From contig JAJDBD010000059.1 in NCBI GenBank assembly GCA_029261575.1, forward strand, positions 16,182 to 80,181: 64,000 nt of DNA, written 5' to 3'. The notes under the pieces are model-generated. The model was not told the DNA's origin and ran no database searches. It worked only from the letters and a program-made list of their open reading frames with translations. Both the position numbers and the translations under genes were made by a program. Below are positions 54,884-64,000 of the stretch, piece by piece (within the stretch, counting starts at the first letter, position 1; every line of letters begins with the position of its first letter). The stretch is from Nitrospinaceae bacterium (GTDB lineage: Bacteria > Nitrospinota > Nitrospinia > Nitrospinales > JACRGP01).

Positions 54884-56530
54884 TCACGTGAGTGACAAGA
54901 GAATTTGGGCAAAGAGTATCTTTAATATCGTCGCGGTGGGGAAAACCGAAGAATATCCAAGATTGGGGTGGTCGTTTTTCGTCTGATCTAAAGCGAAGCC
55001 AAGAACAGCCGGCTGGGTGTGTATTCCGGCCACCATTCCAATGAGGATCCCATAGGGTATTTTAAGAACACGATACCCGACGACCAGGGCCAGCATTGAA
55101 GTGACGAATGTGATCAGGGCGCCGGCCAAAAACAAATCAAGGGCTCCGCCTTGTACGAAAATGGCGGTCAACCCGGACCCCGCCCGTGTTCCTATGCCTG
55201 CAAGGAACAGGATCAAACCAATCTGCCGCAGAGTCATGTTGGAGCTGTATGGGACGTCCCAAACCAGGGAACCCGAACGGCCTATAGCTCCCAGGATAAG
55301 CCCCAGTATCAGAGGTCCACCCGCAAAACCCAGTCGAACCGTAATGTCCCCAGGTAGCGGAATGGGCAGAATCCCAAGGAATAATCCTAACACCAGCCCC
55401 AGGCTGAATGACAGGATATCCACCTGGCTCACATCCCGGTAGGAATCGCCGAAATATTCGCTGACGTCCGACATTCGACTGCGTGGAGCCACCACCCGGA
55501 CCCGGTCTCCAGGCTCCAGGGTGGAATCGCCTCGGACCACCATGTCCATATCCCCTCGCCGCAGGCGCGTCACCACAGCCCCGAATTTAAGGTCGACTTG
55601 CAAGTCTTTTAACTTTCGGCCCGCAACCTGCGTATTGGAAACGAAGACACGCCGCATTTCCAGATCTTTTTGATCCCGTTCTATATGCTCCCCACTGGGT
55701 TCGCCCAGAAACAGGGAAACCCGGTCAAGCTCTTCTTCCGGCCCCACGATTAACACCAGGTCGTCCAGGGAAAGCGGGCTGTCCCTTCCCGCCAACGTTA
55801 CCTGATCCCCGCGTTTTGTTCTGCTGAACACGACGTTCCATCCATGGGCTTTCGACATGATCCGAATGGCGTCCCGCGTGGCCTCCTCGCGAGTCACCCG
55901 GACAGTGCGCCTGGAGATCGCCTGACTTTCCGAAGCAAACCCACGCATCGCGCGAGCTTCGACGGCATAATCAATTTTCCAAATCCGCTTTACGAGGTTG
56001 ATGGCCAGCATCACGCCCAACACACCCATTGGATAAGTAATAGAATAGGCGATCACCGGTTCCGCCAAAAGCTGATCGAGATTGCCCGTCTCGGGATAAC
56101 CTTTAAGAGTATCCAGAATTCCCGCCAGGGCGGGGGTGTTGGTGAGGCTGCCCGCGAACGCTCCCGCAGTGAAGGAGGGGGGCATTCCAATCGACCGTGA
56201 GGCAACCACGGTGATTCCGAATGCCATGAGAAGTACCCCCGCCACGAAAAGATTGTCCCGCAAACCTTCCCGTCGCAACGAGGCAACGAAGGTGGAGCCG
56301 CTACTCAATCCAATAGTGTAAACGAACAGAACCAGGCCGAGAACATAAACAATGTCCGGAAGTCTCAAATCCTCGTGGAGAGCCCCGAAGCCGAGACCCA
56401 CAAAAAGCACCGACGCAACTCCCAGACTGCTTCCGAAAAACTTTATCCTCCCCAATGGATATCCCAGGGCGGCGATAAGGAAAAGTTGCAACAGTGGGTA
56501 TTTGATCAATACCTCGATGACTGGGTTCAT
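54884..56530 (-). CDS. YidE/YbjL (AspT-type) duplicated transporter with two RCK_C domains
   Basis: 548 aa. TM bundles at both ends and two central TrkA-C-like repeats (GRKLKDL...VTRLRRG). Confidence 0.75.
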   Translation of the reverse strand: MNPVIEVLIKYPLLQLFLIAALGYPLGRIKFFGSSLGVASVLFVGLGFGALHEDLRLPDIVYVLGLVLFVYTIGLSSGSTFVASLRREGLRDNLFVAGVLLMAFGITVVASRSIGMPPSFTAGAFAGSLTNTPALAGILDTLKGYPETGNLDQLLAEPVIAYSITYPMGVLGVMLAINLVKRIWKIDYAVEARAMRGFASESQAISRRTVRVTREEATRDAIRIMSKAHGWNVVFSRTKRGDQVTLAGRDSPLSLDDLVLIVGPEEELDRVSLFLGEPSGEHIERDQKDLEMRRVFVSNTQVAGRKLKDLQVDLKFGAVVTRLRRGDMDMVVRGDSTLEPGDRVRVVAPRSRMSDVSEYFGDSYRDVSQVDILSFSLGLVLGLFLGILPIPLPGDITVRLGFAGGPLILGLILGAIGRSGSLVWDVPYSSNMTLRQIGLILFLAGIGTRAGSGLTAIFVQGGALDLFLAGALITFVTSMLALVVGYRVLKIPYGILIGMVAGIHTQPAVLGFALDQTKNDHPNLGYSSVFPTATILKILFAQILLSLT

Positions 56531-56833
56531 TTTTTATTCCTTAAACCGGGAGTTCCCATTTGACCGTGAAATTTTACAGATAGTTCAACTGAGCGAGTGA
56601 AATTGCTATTCATTTCAAAATTCTCTTTGGAGTTGACCGGGAGTCTCTCATTTTTGTTTCATTTGATCAACCGTTGAGCCTTTTCAGTGAAGAACTTGCG
56701 ATAATCGGGCTTTTTCAGACGAGTCCATCCATGCTCAAGTATATTTTGGGGTTTACAAATAGAAGAACTTGCCTAAAATAGCCCGCTTAACCCATACTGA
56801 AATTTATTAGCCCAGGCAATTGGAGAGCAGAGC

Positions 56834-57748
56834 ATGGCCGAAGTTCAGGATCAGGAAAAAGATTTCGAAAAACTCATAGAGGATAATTTCAACGTCGAAA
56901 ACGGAGAGTTGGATTTGCGCCAACAGGAAGTGGCCGACGCCGATCTGGTCGAGATCGCCAAATCCGACAAGATGAAAAACGTCACCGCTCTGTTTCTGGA
57001 GTTTAACGAGGTGGGCGATAAGGGAATCATTGCTCTGGCGGAGTCGAATTCGATCAAGAATTTAACGGTTTTGAATCTGTTTAAAAATCAGGTGACCGAC
57101 GAAGGACTCAAGGCTCTGGCGGAGTCCAAAAACTTTCTGAATTTGTCGGAATTGGTGATGAGCGACAACGATATCACGGCGGAAGGCGCAAAAGCGGTGG
57201 CCAAATCGAAAAAGCTCGCCAATCTCGTGTCCCTCTGGCTGGGAGATAAACTGGAGGACGAAGGGGCGGCCGCGATTGCCGAGTCGGAAACCTTGACGCA
57301 TTTAAACCTGCTTTCGCTTTATCGCAACGGCCTCACCAACGAGGGCGCCCGTGCCATCGCTCAATCAAAGAATCTTGCGACGCTCACGGAGTTGAACCTG
57401 AATTGGAACTATATAGACGCCGAAGGCGTCGAAGCGTTGGCCGCTTCGGAAACTTTACAGAACCTGACCCAACTGACCCTGACCTATAATCCGATAGGGT
57501 CTCGCGGCGCTCAGGCGATTGCCAGTTCAAAATACCTTAAAAACCTGGAGCTTCTCGACCTTTATGAGGCGGATATTGGAAGCGCGGGCGCCAGGGCGTT
57601 TGCCGAATCCAAAAACCTTACCAAGCTGGAGACTCTCGTTCTCATCCACAACGACGTCGGCGAAGAGGCTCAGGAACTCATCAGAAACTCTCCAAATTTA
57701 AAAAAACTTTCCAACGTCATTTTTCAAGTCGCCGCCCCCTCCAGTTGA
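56834..57748 (+). CDS. leucine-rich-repeat protein (ribonuclease-inhibitor-like LRRs), cytoplasmic
   Basis: 304 aa. ~9 repeats of ~28 aa, such as LxxLxLxxNxIxxEGAxAIAxSKNL. No signal peptide. Confidence 0.75.
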   Translation: MAEVQDQEKDFEKLIEDNFNVENGELDLRQQEVADADLVEIAKSDKMKNVTALFLEFNEVGDKGIIALAESNSIKNLTVLNLFKNQVTDEGLKALAESKNFLNLSELVMSDNDITAEGAKAVAKSKKLANLVSLWLGDKLEDEGAAAIAESETLTHLNLLSLYRNGLTNEGARAIAQSKNLATLTELNLNWNYIDAEGVEALAASETLQNLTQLTLTYNPIGSRGAQAIASSKYLKNLELLDLYEADIGSAGARAFAESKNLTKLETLVLIHNDVGEEAQELIRNSPNLKKLSNVIFQVAAPSS

Positions 57749-57754
57749 TAGACC

Positions 57755-57945
57755 CCGGCCCGGAAAGGCGCCGGGGCCAGGCAAGCGCCTGGAGGCAATA
57801 GTTGGCGAATGGAAATTTTTTTCGAATCGACAATTGCACTATCGATTTTTACTCATTGTTCCTAAGCGCGCAGCATTTACCGTATAAGCGGCGCCTACTG
57901 CCCCTGCGGCGAGTAGCCAGCGTTACGCTGGTTGCCCCGGCGCTT
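57755..57945. repeat. GC-rich modular intergenic repeat, copy C (inverted relative to copy A)
   Basis: GGCAAGCGCCTGGAGGCA (57780-57797) and CCTACTGCCCCTGCGGCGAGTAGCCAGCGTTACGCTGG (57894-57931) are reverse complements of copy A modules, the latter with 2 mismatches. Confidence 0.8.
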
Positions 57946-57970
57946 CTTTTGTTTTAAGGACTCAGCAAAA

Positions 57971-58804
57971 ATGTTTATAGGCGAGCACCCAGACCTCCTG
58001 GATTTATGGGTTTTTGACGAAAAAAATATTTATGTGGTGGGCAAGGATGGGATTCCCCAAAACTGGGATGGAATCGAGTGGACCCCCGTCCGGACCAACA
58101 ACACCAATCCCTTGATGGGCGTTTGGGGCGCTCACGAAAAAGACATTTACGCCGTCGGTATCGGAGGCGTGGTGTTGCATTTTGAGGGAAAAGAATGGAA
58201 AACCATCGACACCGGTAGTTATGATTCCCTGAACGGGATTTATGGATTTTCATCCGACTGTTTATTTATTTACGGGGTCGGCGGGCGCGTCCTTTACTGG
58301 AGCGGCGAATGGGAATACCGGGAACCCAACACCATCCACGACCTGTTCTGTTTTTGGGGAGAGAGTATCGATCGGATCTACGCCGTGGGCGGGGAGGGCA
58401 CCTACCGTTTATATAACGGTAAGGAATTTCTCCGCCAGGAGGAATTGACCGAGGAGACGGTTTCCCTGTACGGAGTGTGGGGCGCTAGCTCCAACGACGT
58501 CTACGCTGTCGGCTCCGACGGCGTCATCCTGCATTTCGACGGCGAAGCGTGGTCGCCCATGGAGTCGGGAACCAAAGAATACCTCCTCGGCGTTTGGGGG
58601 AACTCCGCAAACGATATCTTCGCCGTGGGCGATAATTCCGTGATTTTGCATTACGACGGAAAGCAGTGGACTCCGATGGATTCCGGAACCGAACGTTATT
58701 TAACCAAAGTCCGGGGATTGCGTTCCGATTGCGTTTACGCGGTCGGCGACGATGGATGCGTTCTGCATTACGACGGCGATCAGTGGAAGGACATGTCTCT
58801 ATGA
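57971..58804 (+). CDS. seven-bladed beta-propeller repeat protein (paralogue 1)
   Basis: ORF 57932..58804. Seven ~40-aa units LxGVWGxSxxDVYAVGxxGxILHYDGxxWxxM. Start preferred at ATG 57971 (AAGGA upstream). No signal peptide. Confidence 0.7.
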   Translation: MFIGEHPDLLDLWVFDEKNIYVVGKDGIPQNWDGIEWTPVRTNNTNPLMGVWGAHEKDIYAVGIGGVVLHFEGKEWKTIDTGSYDSLNGIYGFSSDCLFIYGVGGRVLYWSGEWEYREPNTIHDLFCFWGESIDRIYAVGGEGTYRLYNGKEFLRQEELTEETVSLYGVWGASSNDVYAVGSDGVILHFDGEAWSPMESGTKEYLLGVWGNSANDIFAVGDNSVILHYDGKQWTPMDSGTERYLTKVRGLRSDCVYAVGDDGCVLHYDGDQWKDMSL

Positions 58805-59625
58805 GCAGCCTGACCGAAAGTCATCTTCTCTGCGTTTACGGGTTCGACGAGAAAAATATTTTCATCGGCGGCGCCGAGGGAACCGTTTTACGTTTTGACG
58901 GCGACCAGTGGACCAAAATGGAAACCGGCGGTCGGTGGACGATCAAACAGATGTGGGGAACCGGACCGGATAATCTTTACGCGGTTTGTACAGACGGTAA
59001 AATCTTGCATTTCGACGGCGCTGAATGGAAGCCGGAGGATACGGAAAATTTTCCGCCCATGTCGGGGATTTTTGGATTTTCGGAGAATGAAATTTACGTC
59101 GGTTGCCGGATCGGAAAAATCGCCCGCTACGACGGCGATTCCTGGAAGTACATGAAGGTCCATTCCGAAGTCGACGTGGCCCGGTTGTGGGGTTGCAAGG
59201 AAGGCGATTTGTACGCCGTCGGAATCGACGGACTCGTCCTCAAGCTCGAAGGCGAAGATTGGAACCGCCTGACCTTCAATTCAAACGCGGAGCTTTACAG
59301 CATATACGGATTTGGTCCCGACGAAATGTTTATCGCCGGATCGGACGGCGCCATGTACCGCTTCAACGGCGTCGAGTTTACCGAAATGCCCACCCGGACC
59401 GGCAACTTCATTCTCGACGTATGGGGACCGTCGCGCGATATGGTTTTCGCCGTCGGCGACGAAGGCATGATCCTCTTTCTGGACGGCGACCAGTGGACCC
59501 CGATTGAATCCAATACCGAAGAATTCCTGGCCGCTATCTGGGGTCCCTCGGATGATAACATCTACGCCGTCGGCGACAACGGTATCATCATGCACTGGGA
59601 CGGCGAGGACTGGAAAGAAGTTTAG
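58801..59625 (+). CDS. seven-bladed beta-propeller repeat protein (paralogue 2)
   Basis: ORF 58666..59625. Same repeat family, seven units. Start set at ATG 58801, overlapping the upstream stop (ATGA); the longer N-terminus is Arg-rich junk that overlaps gene 1. Confidence 0.7.
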   Translation: MSSLTESHLLCVYGFDEKNIFIGGAEGTVLRFDGDQWTKMETGGRWTIKQMWGTGPDNLYAVCTDGKILHFDGAEWKPEDTENFPPMSGIFGFSENEIYVGCRIGKIARYDGDSWKYMKVHSEVDVARLWGCKEGDLYAVGIDGLVLKLEGEDWNRLTFNSNAELYSIYGFGPDEMFIAGSDGAMYRFNGVEFTEMPTRTGNFILDVWGPSRDMVFAVGDEGMILFLDGDQWTPIESNTEEFLAAIWGPSDDNIYAVGDNGIIMHWDGEDWKEV

Positions 59626-59684
59626 TTCGGCAAATCCCCCCTCTTATTTTTTAGTCAAACGCCGGATAACGTTACCGTTAGCCT

Positions 59685-60443
59685 TCAAAAATACCAGACA
59701 AACTTGGAACCGCGTGCCCAGAGACTTTGTCCAAAGCTCAATTTTTCACCCCGTTCCCAGGGGACGGGCGAATTTCCTCCTGGTATATCATGCATCAGAT
59801 TCTCTTTCGGTTTGCGATGTATAAGCCCACAAGCGTGACCGATTTCGTGGGCTGTTGTTGCTGTTGCTGGTGGCACTAGTATTTCTCCAGTGTCAGGGTT
59901 GGCGCTATGTATACGCGCCTTTGTTACCATAACAAAGTTAGCCGCCGGAAATATGAAGCTTTGTGCTCGACCTGTGTGATCCCACCCCAGTGTTCTTACT
60001 ATGATCACAGACAGCTCACGCGTGAAAGGCCCAATCCCGGCGAGCATATTAAAATATGTTCCTACCGCGCTCCAATTCTCAAAAAAACCTTCCACCGGAC
60101 CCGCCACATCTAGGGCGCCTGCAGGTGCGCCACCGACCTCCAATATGCCAGCTTGAATGATTTCGATATCGGCTTGTTCGTCGAAAATGCGTTTCGTTAT
60201 GTTGAAATTTTCAACGACACTCTCTTGAGGAACTAACGGGGTCCCCCTTTCGTCGAGTAAAATAAAATATTTTAATCGAAGCTTCTTTTTGAACCGAATA
60301 CCGATCAGGTCGAGGAAGAAGCCCACAATGCCAAATAATCGCCCCAAAATATCGCCAAAAAGTGTACCGACGACGGATACGGTGCCGGTAAGAAAATTAC
60401 CAATACCCTTCACAATGCCCGAGAGTCCGCTATAAAATGCCAT
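59685..60443 (-). CDS. metzincin-motif zinc metalloprotease-like protein with N-terminal Gly-rich hydrophobic region
   Basis: 252 aa. HEIGHACGLIH fits HExxHxxGxxH. N-terminus GLSGIVKGIGNFLTGTVSVVGTLFGDILGRLFGIVGFFLDLIG. Confidence 0.6.
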   Translation of the reverse strand: MAFYSGLSGIVKGIGNFLTGTVSVVGTLFGDILGRLFGIVGFFLDLIGIRFKKKLRLKYFILLDERGTPLVPQESVVENFNITKRIFDEQADIEIIQAGILEVGGAPAGALDVAGPVEGFFENWSAVGTYFNMLAGIGPFTRELSVIIVRTLGWDHTGRAQSFIFPAANFVMVTKARIHSANPDTGEILVPPATATTAHEIGHACGLIHRKPKENLMHDIPGGNSPVPWERGEKLSFGQSLWARGSKFVWYF

Positions 60444-60627
60444 TACTTCCTCCCTGTTAAATTAAAATTGAAATAGCCCTTTGATCGACGCTTATCCGGG
60501 TTGTACTGGAAACTTTAAACCGAGATTCCCCATAAAGTTCTTTGCGCAATTATAGTCGGGATGGTTTCTGAAATGCGGACTAATGATCGCCTGTCTTTTT
60601 TGGGCTGATTTATAGCCGCCAATTGCC

Positions 60628-60657
60628 TTGACCCGCCTTCCTTCCTGGCGCTATATT
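60628..60657 (+). promoter_or_regulatory. candidate sigma70-type promoter of the trp operon
   Basis: TTGACC (60628-60633), 18-nt spacer, TATATT (60652-60657), ~85 nt before the trpE ATG. Confidence 0.35.
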
Positions 60658-60711
60658 AAGCAATTAACCTTTTGAAATTCGGCTCTTTGTTGGACTGAGT
60701 TTTATTTTTCC

Positions 60712-60736
60712 GCACAGCCTGGCTGTGCTTTTTTTT
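60712..60736 (+). terminator. terminator-like hairpin + T8 in the trpE leader (possible attenuator)
   Basis: GCACAGC-CTG-GCTGTGC (60712-60728) followed by TTTTTTTT (60729-60736), 6 nt before the trpE ATG at 60743. Confidence 0.5.
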
Positions 60737-60742
60737 ATTGCC

Positions 60743-62233
60743 ATGTACAAACCCAGCCTCGAAGAATTTAAAAAGAATGCCCAGTCCGGCAACCTGATTC
60801 CCGTTTATAAGGAAATCCTCGCCGATCTGGACACCCCCGTTTCCGCCTATATGAAAATCAAAGGGGAGTATTCTTTCCTGTTTGAAAGCGTCGAGGGCGG
60901 AGAAAAATGGGCGCGGTTTTGCTTCCTGGGTTGCGATCCCCAAGCCGTTTTCACCATGAAGGGCGGGAAGGTCGTCGTCGAGACCGACGGCGCTAAAACG
61001 GAAATCGTTAGCGAAACCGGCGACGCGCTGGACGTTCTTAAAGAACAAATGCAAAAATACCGTCCGGTTAAAATCGACGGATTGCCTCGCTTTACCGGCG
61101 GCGCCGTGGGATTCATCAGTTACGATATGGTTCGCTATTTCGAGGAGCTTCCAGACAACACAACGGACGACCTGCAAATCCCCGACGCGCAGTTCATCAT
61201 CGCCGATACGTTGCTGATTTTTGACAACGTCCGGCAAACGATCATCATCGTCTCCAACGCCTTCGTTGAAAACAACGACCCCGACGCAAGTTACCGGGAG
61301 GCGATTAAAAAAATCGAGATCCTGGAGAACAAACTCAAGCAAAATGCGCCCGCAGGCAATAACAGCGGACCCCTAAAGCAAAAATCATCGCCGCCGAAGT
61401 TTGTTTCAAATTTTGAGAAGGAAAAATTCAAAGAGGCGGTTCTCAAGATCAAGGATTATATTTTGGAAGGCGACGCCATTCAGGTGGTGTTGTCCCAGCG
61501 GTTGAAGTTTGAAATCACCCAGGATCCGTTCAGCGTTTACCGGGCGTTGCGTTCCATCAATCCGTCCCCGTACATGTATTATTTGAATTTCGGGGGTTTA
61601 CAAGTCGTGGGTTCCTCGCCGGAAATCCTGGTGCGCAGGGAAGGGGAGGACGTCGAGGTTCGGCCCATTGCCGGCACCCGGAAGCGAGGAAAAAACGAAG
61701 CCGAGGACCTGGAATTGGAGAAGGACCTGCTGGCCGACGAAAAGGAACGCGCCGAGCATATCATGTTGCTGGACCTGGGGAGAAACGACCTGGGGCGGAT
61801 CGCCGAAACCGGAACGGTCGACGTGAACGAGCAGTTCACGATAGAGCGATATTCCCATGTCATGCATATCGTTTCCAACGTCCGGGGGAAATTGAAAGAG
61901 GGTATGGACAGTTTCGACGTTCTGCGCGCGGCCTTTCCCGCCGGGACGGTTTCCGGCGCGCCGAAAATACGCGCCATGGAAATCATCGACGAGTTGGAAC
62001 CCACCCGCAGGGGACTGTATGCAGGCTCCGTGGGTTATTTTGGCTTCGAGGGGAATATGGACGCCGCCATCGCCATCCGCACATTGGTGATCAAGAATCA
62101 AACCGCCTACCTGGGAGTGGGCGCGGGGATCGTCGCCGATTCCGTTCCGGAAAGCGAATACGAGGAAACCATGAACAAGGGAAAGGCCCTGCTTAAGGCG
62201 ATCGAACTGGCCGAAAGGGGATTGGACTTATGA
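60743..62233 (+). CDS. trpE: anthranilate synthase component I
   Basis: ORF 60725..62233. [20 protein letters not shown] and GGAVGY-type motifs. ATG 60743 (MYKPSLEEF) is preferred over the GTG 60725 inside the hairpin. Confidence 0.93.
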   Translation: MYKPSLEEFKKNAQSGNLIPVYKEILADLDTPVSAYMKIKGEYSFLFESVEGGEKWARFCFLGCDPQAVFTMKGGKVVVETDGAKTEIVSETGDALDVLKEQMQKYRPVKIDGLPRFTGGAVGFISYDMVRYFEELPDNTTDDLQIPDAQFIIADTLLIFDNVRQTIIIVSNAFVENNDPDASYREAIKKIEILENKLKQNAPAGNNSGPLKQKSSPPKFVSNFEKEKFKEAVLKIKDYILEGDAIQVVLSQRLKFEITQDPFSVYRALRSINPSPYMYYLNFGGLQVVGSSPEILVRREGEDVEVRPIAGTRKRGKNEAEDLELEKDLLADEKERAEHIMLLDLGRNDLGRIAETGTVDVNEQFTIERYSHVMHIVSNVRGKLKEGMDSFDVLRAAFPAGTVSGAPKIRAMEIIDELEPTRRGLYAGSVGYFGFEGNMDAAIAIRTLVIKNQTAYLGVGAGIVADSVPESEYEETMNKGKALLKAIELAERGLDL

Positions 62234-62817
62234 TCCTCATGATCGACAACTACGATTCCTTCACCTACAATCTGGTGCAGTATCTGGGGGAGTTGGGCGC
62301 CGACATTCAGGTGCTCCGCAACGATAAAATCAGCGTCGCGGAGATTGAAAAGCTCAATCCCGAAAAAATCGTTATTTCTCCCGGTCCCTGCACGCCGGAT
62401 AAGGCGGGGATTTCCTGCGAAGTCGCGGCGCACTTTTCTGGGAAGCTTCCTCTATTGGGAGTTTGTCTGGGGCATCAATCCGTCTGCGCGGCCTTCGGCG
62501 GCAAAATTATCAAAGCCCAAAAGTTGATGCACGGCAAAACGTCCATGATCCATCACGACGGAAAAACCCTGTTTAAAGATCTGCCCAATCCGTTCGAGGC
62601 CACGCGCTATCATTCCCTGATCGTTGAGAAAGCGTCCCTGCCCGACTGTTTTGAAATTTCCGCCTGGACGGACGAGGATGAAATCATGGGCGTCCGCCAC
62701 AAGGAGAGTTGGATCGAGGGCGTGCAGTTTCATCCGGAATCTATACTCACGGCGTCCGGCAAGCTTTTGTTGAAAAACTTTTTGGAAAACGCGGACCGAC
62801 CCGTTTCTACTCGTTAA
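62230..62817 (+). CDS. trpG: anthranilate synthase component II (glutamine amidotransferase)
   Basis: 195 aa. [19 protein letters not shown], catalytic LGVCLGHQ, and HPES. ATGA overlap with trpE. Confidence 0.93.
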   Translation: MILMIDNYDSFTYNLVQYLGELGADIQVLRNDKISVAEIEKLNPEKIVISPGPCTPDKAGISCEVAAHFSGKLPLLGVCLGHQSVCAAFGGKIIKAQKLMHGKTSMIHHDGKTLFKDLPNPFEATRYHSLIVEKASLPDCFEISAWTDEDEIMGVRHKESWIEGVQFHPESILTASGKLLLKNFLENADRPVSTR

Positions 62818-62839
62818 AAAATAGCAAATAACAAAATCC

Positions 62840-63856
62840 ATGGAAATCACTGAAGCCCTGCAACGCATCGTCGACCGTAGAAACCTGACCGAAGAGGAAA
62901 TGATCTCGGTCATGACGCAAATTATGGAGGGGAAAACCGGGCCGGTTCATCTGGCGGCGTTTTTGACCGCCCTGCGCATGAAAGGCGAGAGCGTGGACGA
63001 AATCGTCGGCGCCGCCAGGGTGATGCGTGAAAAGGCCGTGCGGCTGAACGTTTCGGCTGAACCCATCGTCGATACCTGCGGGACGGGCGGGTCCGGGTTG
63101 GACACCTTCAATATATCGACGGCGGCGGCGTTTGTCGTGGCGGGCGCCGGGGTGGTCGTCGCCAAACACGGCAACCGGGCGGTGACCAGCAAGTCCGGTA
63201 GCGCCGACGTCCTGAAATGTCTGGGCGTCAATATCGAGGCCGATAAGGCGTTGGTCGAAAAATGCCTGGCCGAAGTAGGGATAGGATTCCTATTTGCCCC
63301 GCTCATGCACCAGGCCATGAAGTACGCGGTGGAGGTAAGAAAACAACTCAAGATCCGCACGATATTTAATATCCTCGGACCCCTGACTAATCCCGCCGGA
63401 GCGCATGCCCAGGTCATCGGCGTGTACGATAAAAAATGGGCTTCCACACTGGCGCGGGTCCTGGCAAAATTGGGATGCCGACGGGCTTTCATAGTCCATG
63501 GCGACGATGGGATGGACGAAGTCACCTTGACAAATTACACGATAGTTTATGAGTTAAATAATGGAAATATAAGTGAATTTGAAATTCATCCGGAATGGTT
63601 TGAAATGCAGGTATGCCAACCGGAAGATTTGCGGGGCGGTGGGCCGGAGGAAAATGCCGGGATCATAAAGGGGATCTTGTCGGGCGAAACCGGACCCAAA
63701 ACCGACATTGTTTTATTGAACGCCGCTCTGGGGATCACCGCTTCCGGGAAAGCTCAAACGCCAAAGGACGGCTTGGCGCTGGCGAAAGAATCCATCGCTT
63801 CCGGCGCCGCCATGGAAAAACTCGAAGGTCTGCGCCGGGTCGCAGGTTCTGGTTGA
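62840..63856 (+). CDS. trpD: anthranilate phosphoribosyltransferase
   Basis: 338 aa. DTCGTGGSGLDTFNISTAAAFV and KHGNRAVTSKSGSADVL. Confidence 0.93.
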   Translation: MEITEALQRIVDRRNLTEEEMISVMTQIMEGKTGPVHLAAFLTALRMKGESVDEIVGAARVMREKAVRLNVSAEPIVDTCGTGGSGLDTFNISTAAAFVVAGAGVVVAKHGNRAVTSKSGSADVLKCLGVNIEADKALVEKCLAEVGIGFLFAPLMHQAMKYAVEVRKQLKIRTIFNILGPLTNPAGAHAQVIGVYDKKWASTLARVLAKLGCRRAFIVHGDDGMDEVTLTNYTIVYELNNGNISEFEIHPEWFEMQVCQPEDLRGGGPEENAGIIKGILSGETGPKTDIVLLNAALGITASGKAQTPKDGLALAKESIASGAAMEKLEGLRRVAGSG

Positions 63857-63875
63857 TCCGAAAGGGTAAAATTTA

Positions 63876-64000
63876 ATGGCCACCATTCTCGAAAAAATTT
63901 TCGCGGACAAACAACTGGAGTTGGAGGAAACTCGTCGCAGGGTTCCTCTGTCCCAACTCAAGGACCTGATTCAGGAATCCGCCGCTCCGCTGGATTTCTC
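63876..64000 (+). CDS. trpC: indole-3-glycerol-phosphate synthase, N-terminal fragment (runs off window)
   Basis: My translation from ATG 63876 reads MATILEKIFADKQLELEETRRRVPLSQLKDLIQESAAPLDF, a typical TrpC N-terminus in the position after trpD. Confidence 0.8.
   Translation, partial: MATILEKIFADKQLELEETRRRVPLSQLKDLIQESAAPLDF

Noticed and set aside
58666-58800. 45-codon N-terminal extension of the second propeller gene
   Set aside because: It is Arg-rich and lies wholly inside the first propeller gene in another frame. The ATG at 58801 gives an ATGA-coupled start and a clean first blade.
60561-60608. 15-codon ORF (MVSEMRTNDRLSFLG) as a possible trp leader peptide
   Set aside because: It contains no Trp codons and lies upstream of the putative promoter.
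60656-61342. 228-aa minus-strand ORF
   Set aside because: Antisense shadow of trpE.

Overview
All calls below were made by eye from motifs and the ORF track. I ran no homology search, fold prediction or statistics. The window looks like chromosomal DNA from a diderm bacterium (lgt/lspA, OmpA-type domains and AmpG are present) and is densely coding on both strands. Most of it is housekeeping: a B12-riboswitch-controlled BtuF/BtuD-like ABC transporter, cca, trpS-ileS-lspA-lgt, an ilvN-ilvC-psd-pssA-accD string, nth, rph, pyrD, alr, cation antiporters, and trpE-G-D-C at the right edge. A MoxR/DUF58/VWA/BatA-E aerotolerance-type cluster is also present, split by a 3.5 kb insert.

The strongest candidate for an undescribed system is a self-contained four-gene minus-strand operon at 32947-38398:
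- a MotB/OmpA-type protein with a ~290-aa N-terminal coiled coil
- a class I (CyaA-type) adenylate cyclase homologue
- a PomA/MotA-type channel subunit
- an all-pentapeptide-repeat protein, translationally coupled to the MotA-like gene

Other items worth a second look:
- a cytoplasmic LRR protein followed by two tandem 7-bladed propeller paralogues, convergent with a metzincin-motif membrane protein (56834-60443)
- a translationally coupled ampG / esterase / SpoT-type HD hydrolase / orphan OmpR regulator operon
- a bactofilin-TM-TPR fusion
- a MinD-like ATPase paired with a hyper-acidic membrane-anchored protein
- a small secreted His/Met/Glu/Lys-rich protein
- a three-copy modular GC-rich intergenic repeat family
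- a terminator-like hairpin directly in front of trpE with no Trp leader peptide

I saw no tRNA, rRNA, CRISPR array, transposase or integrase.
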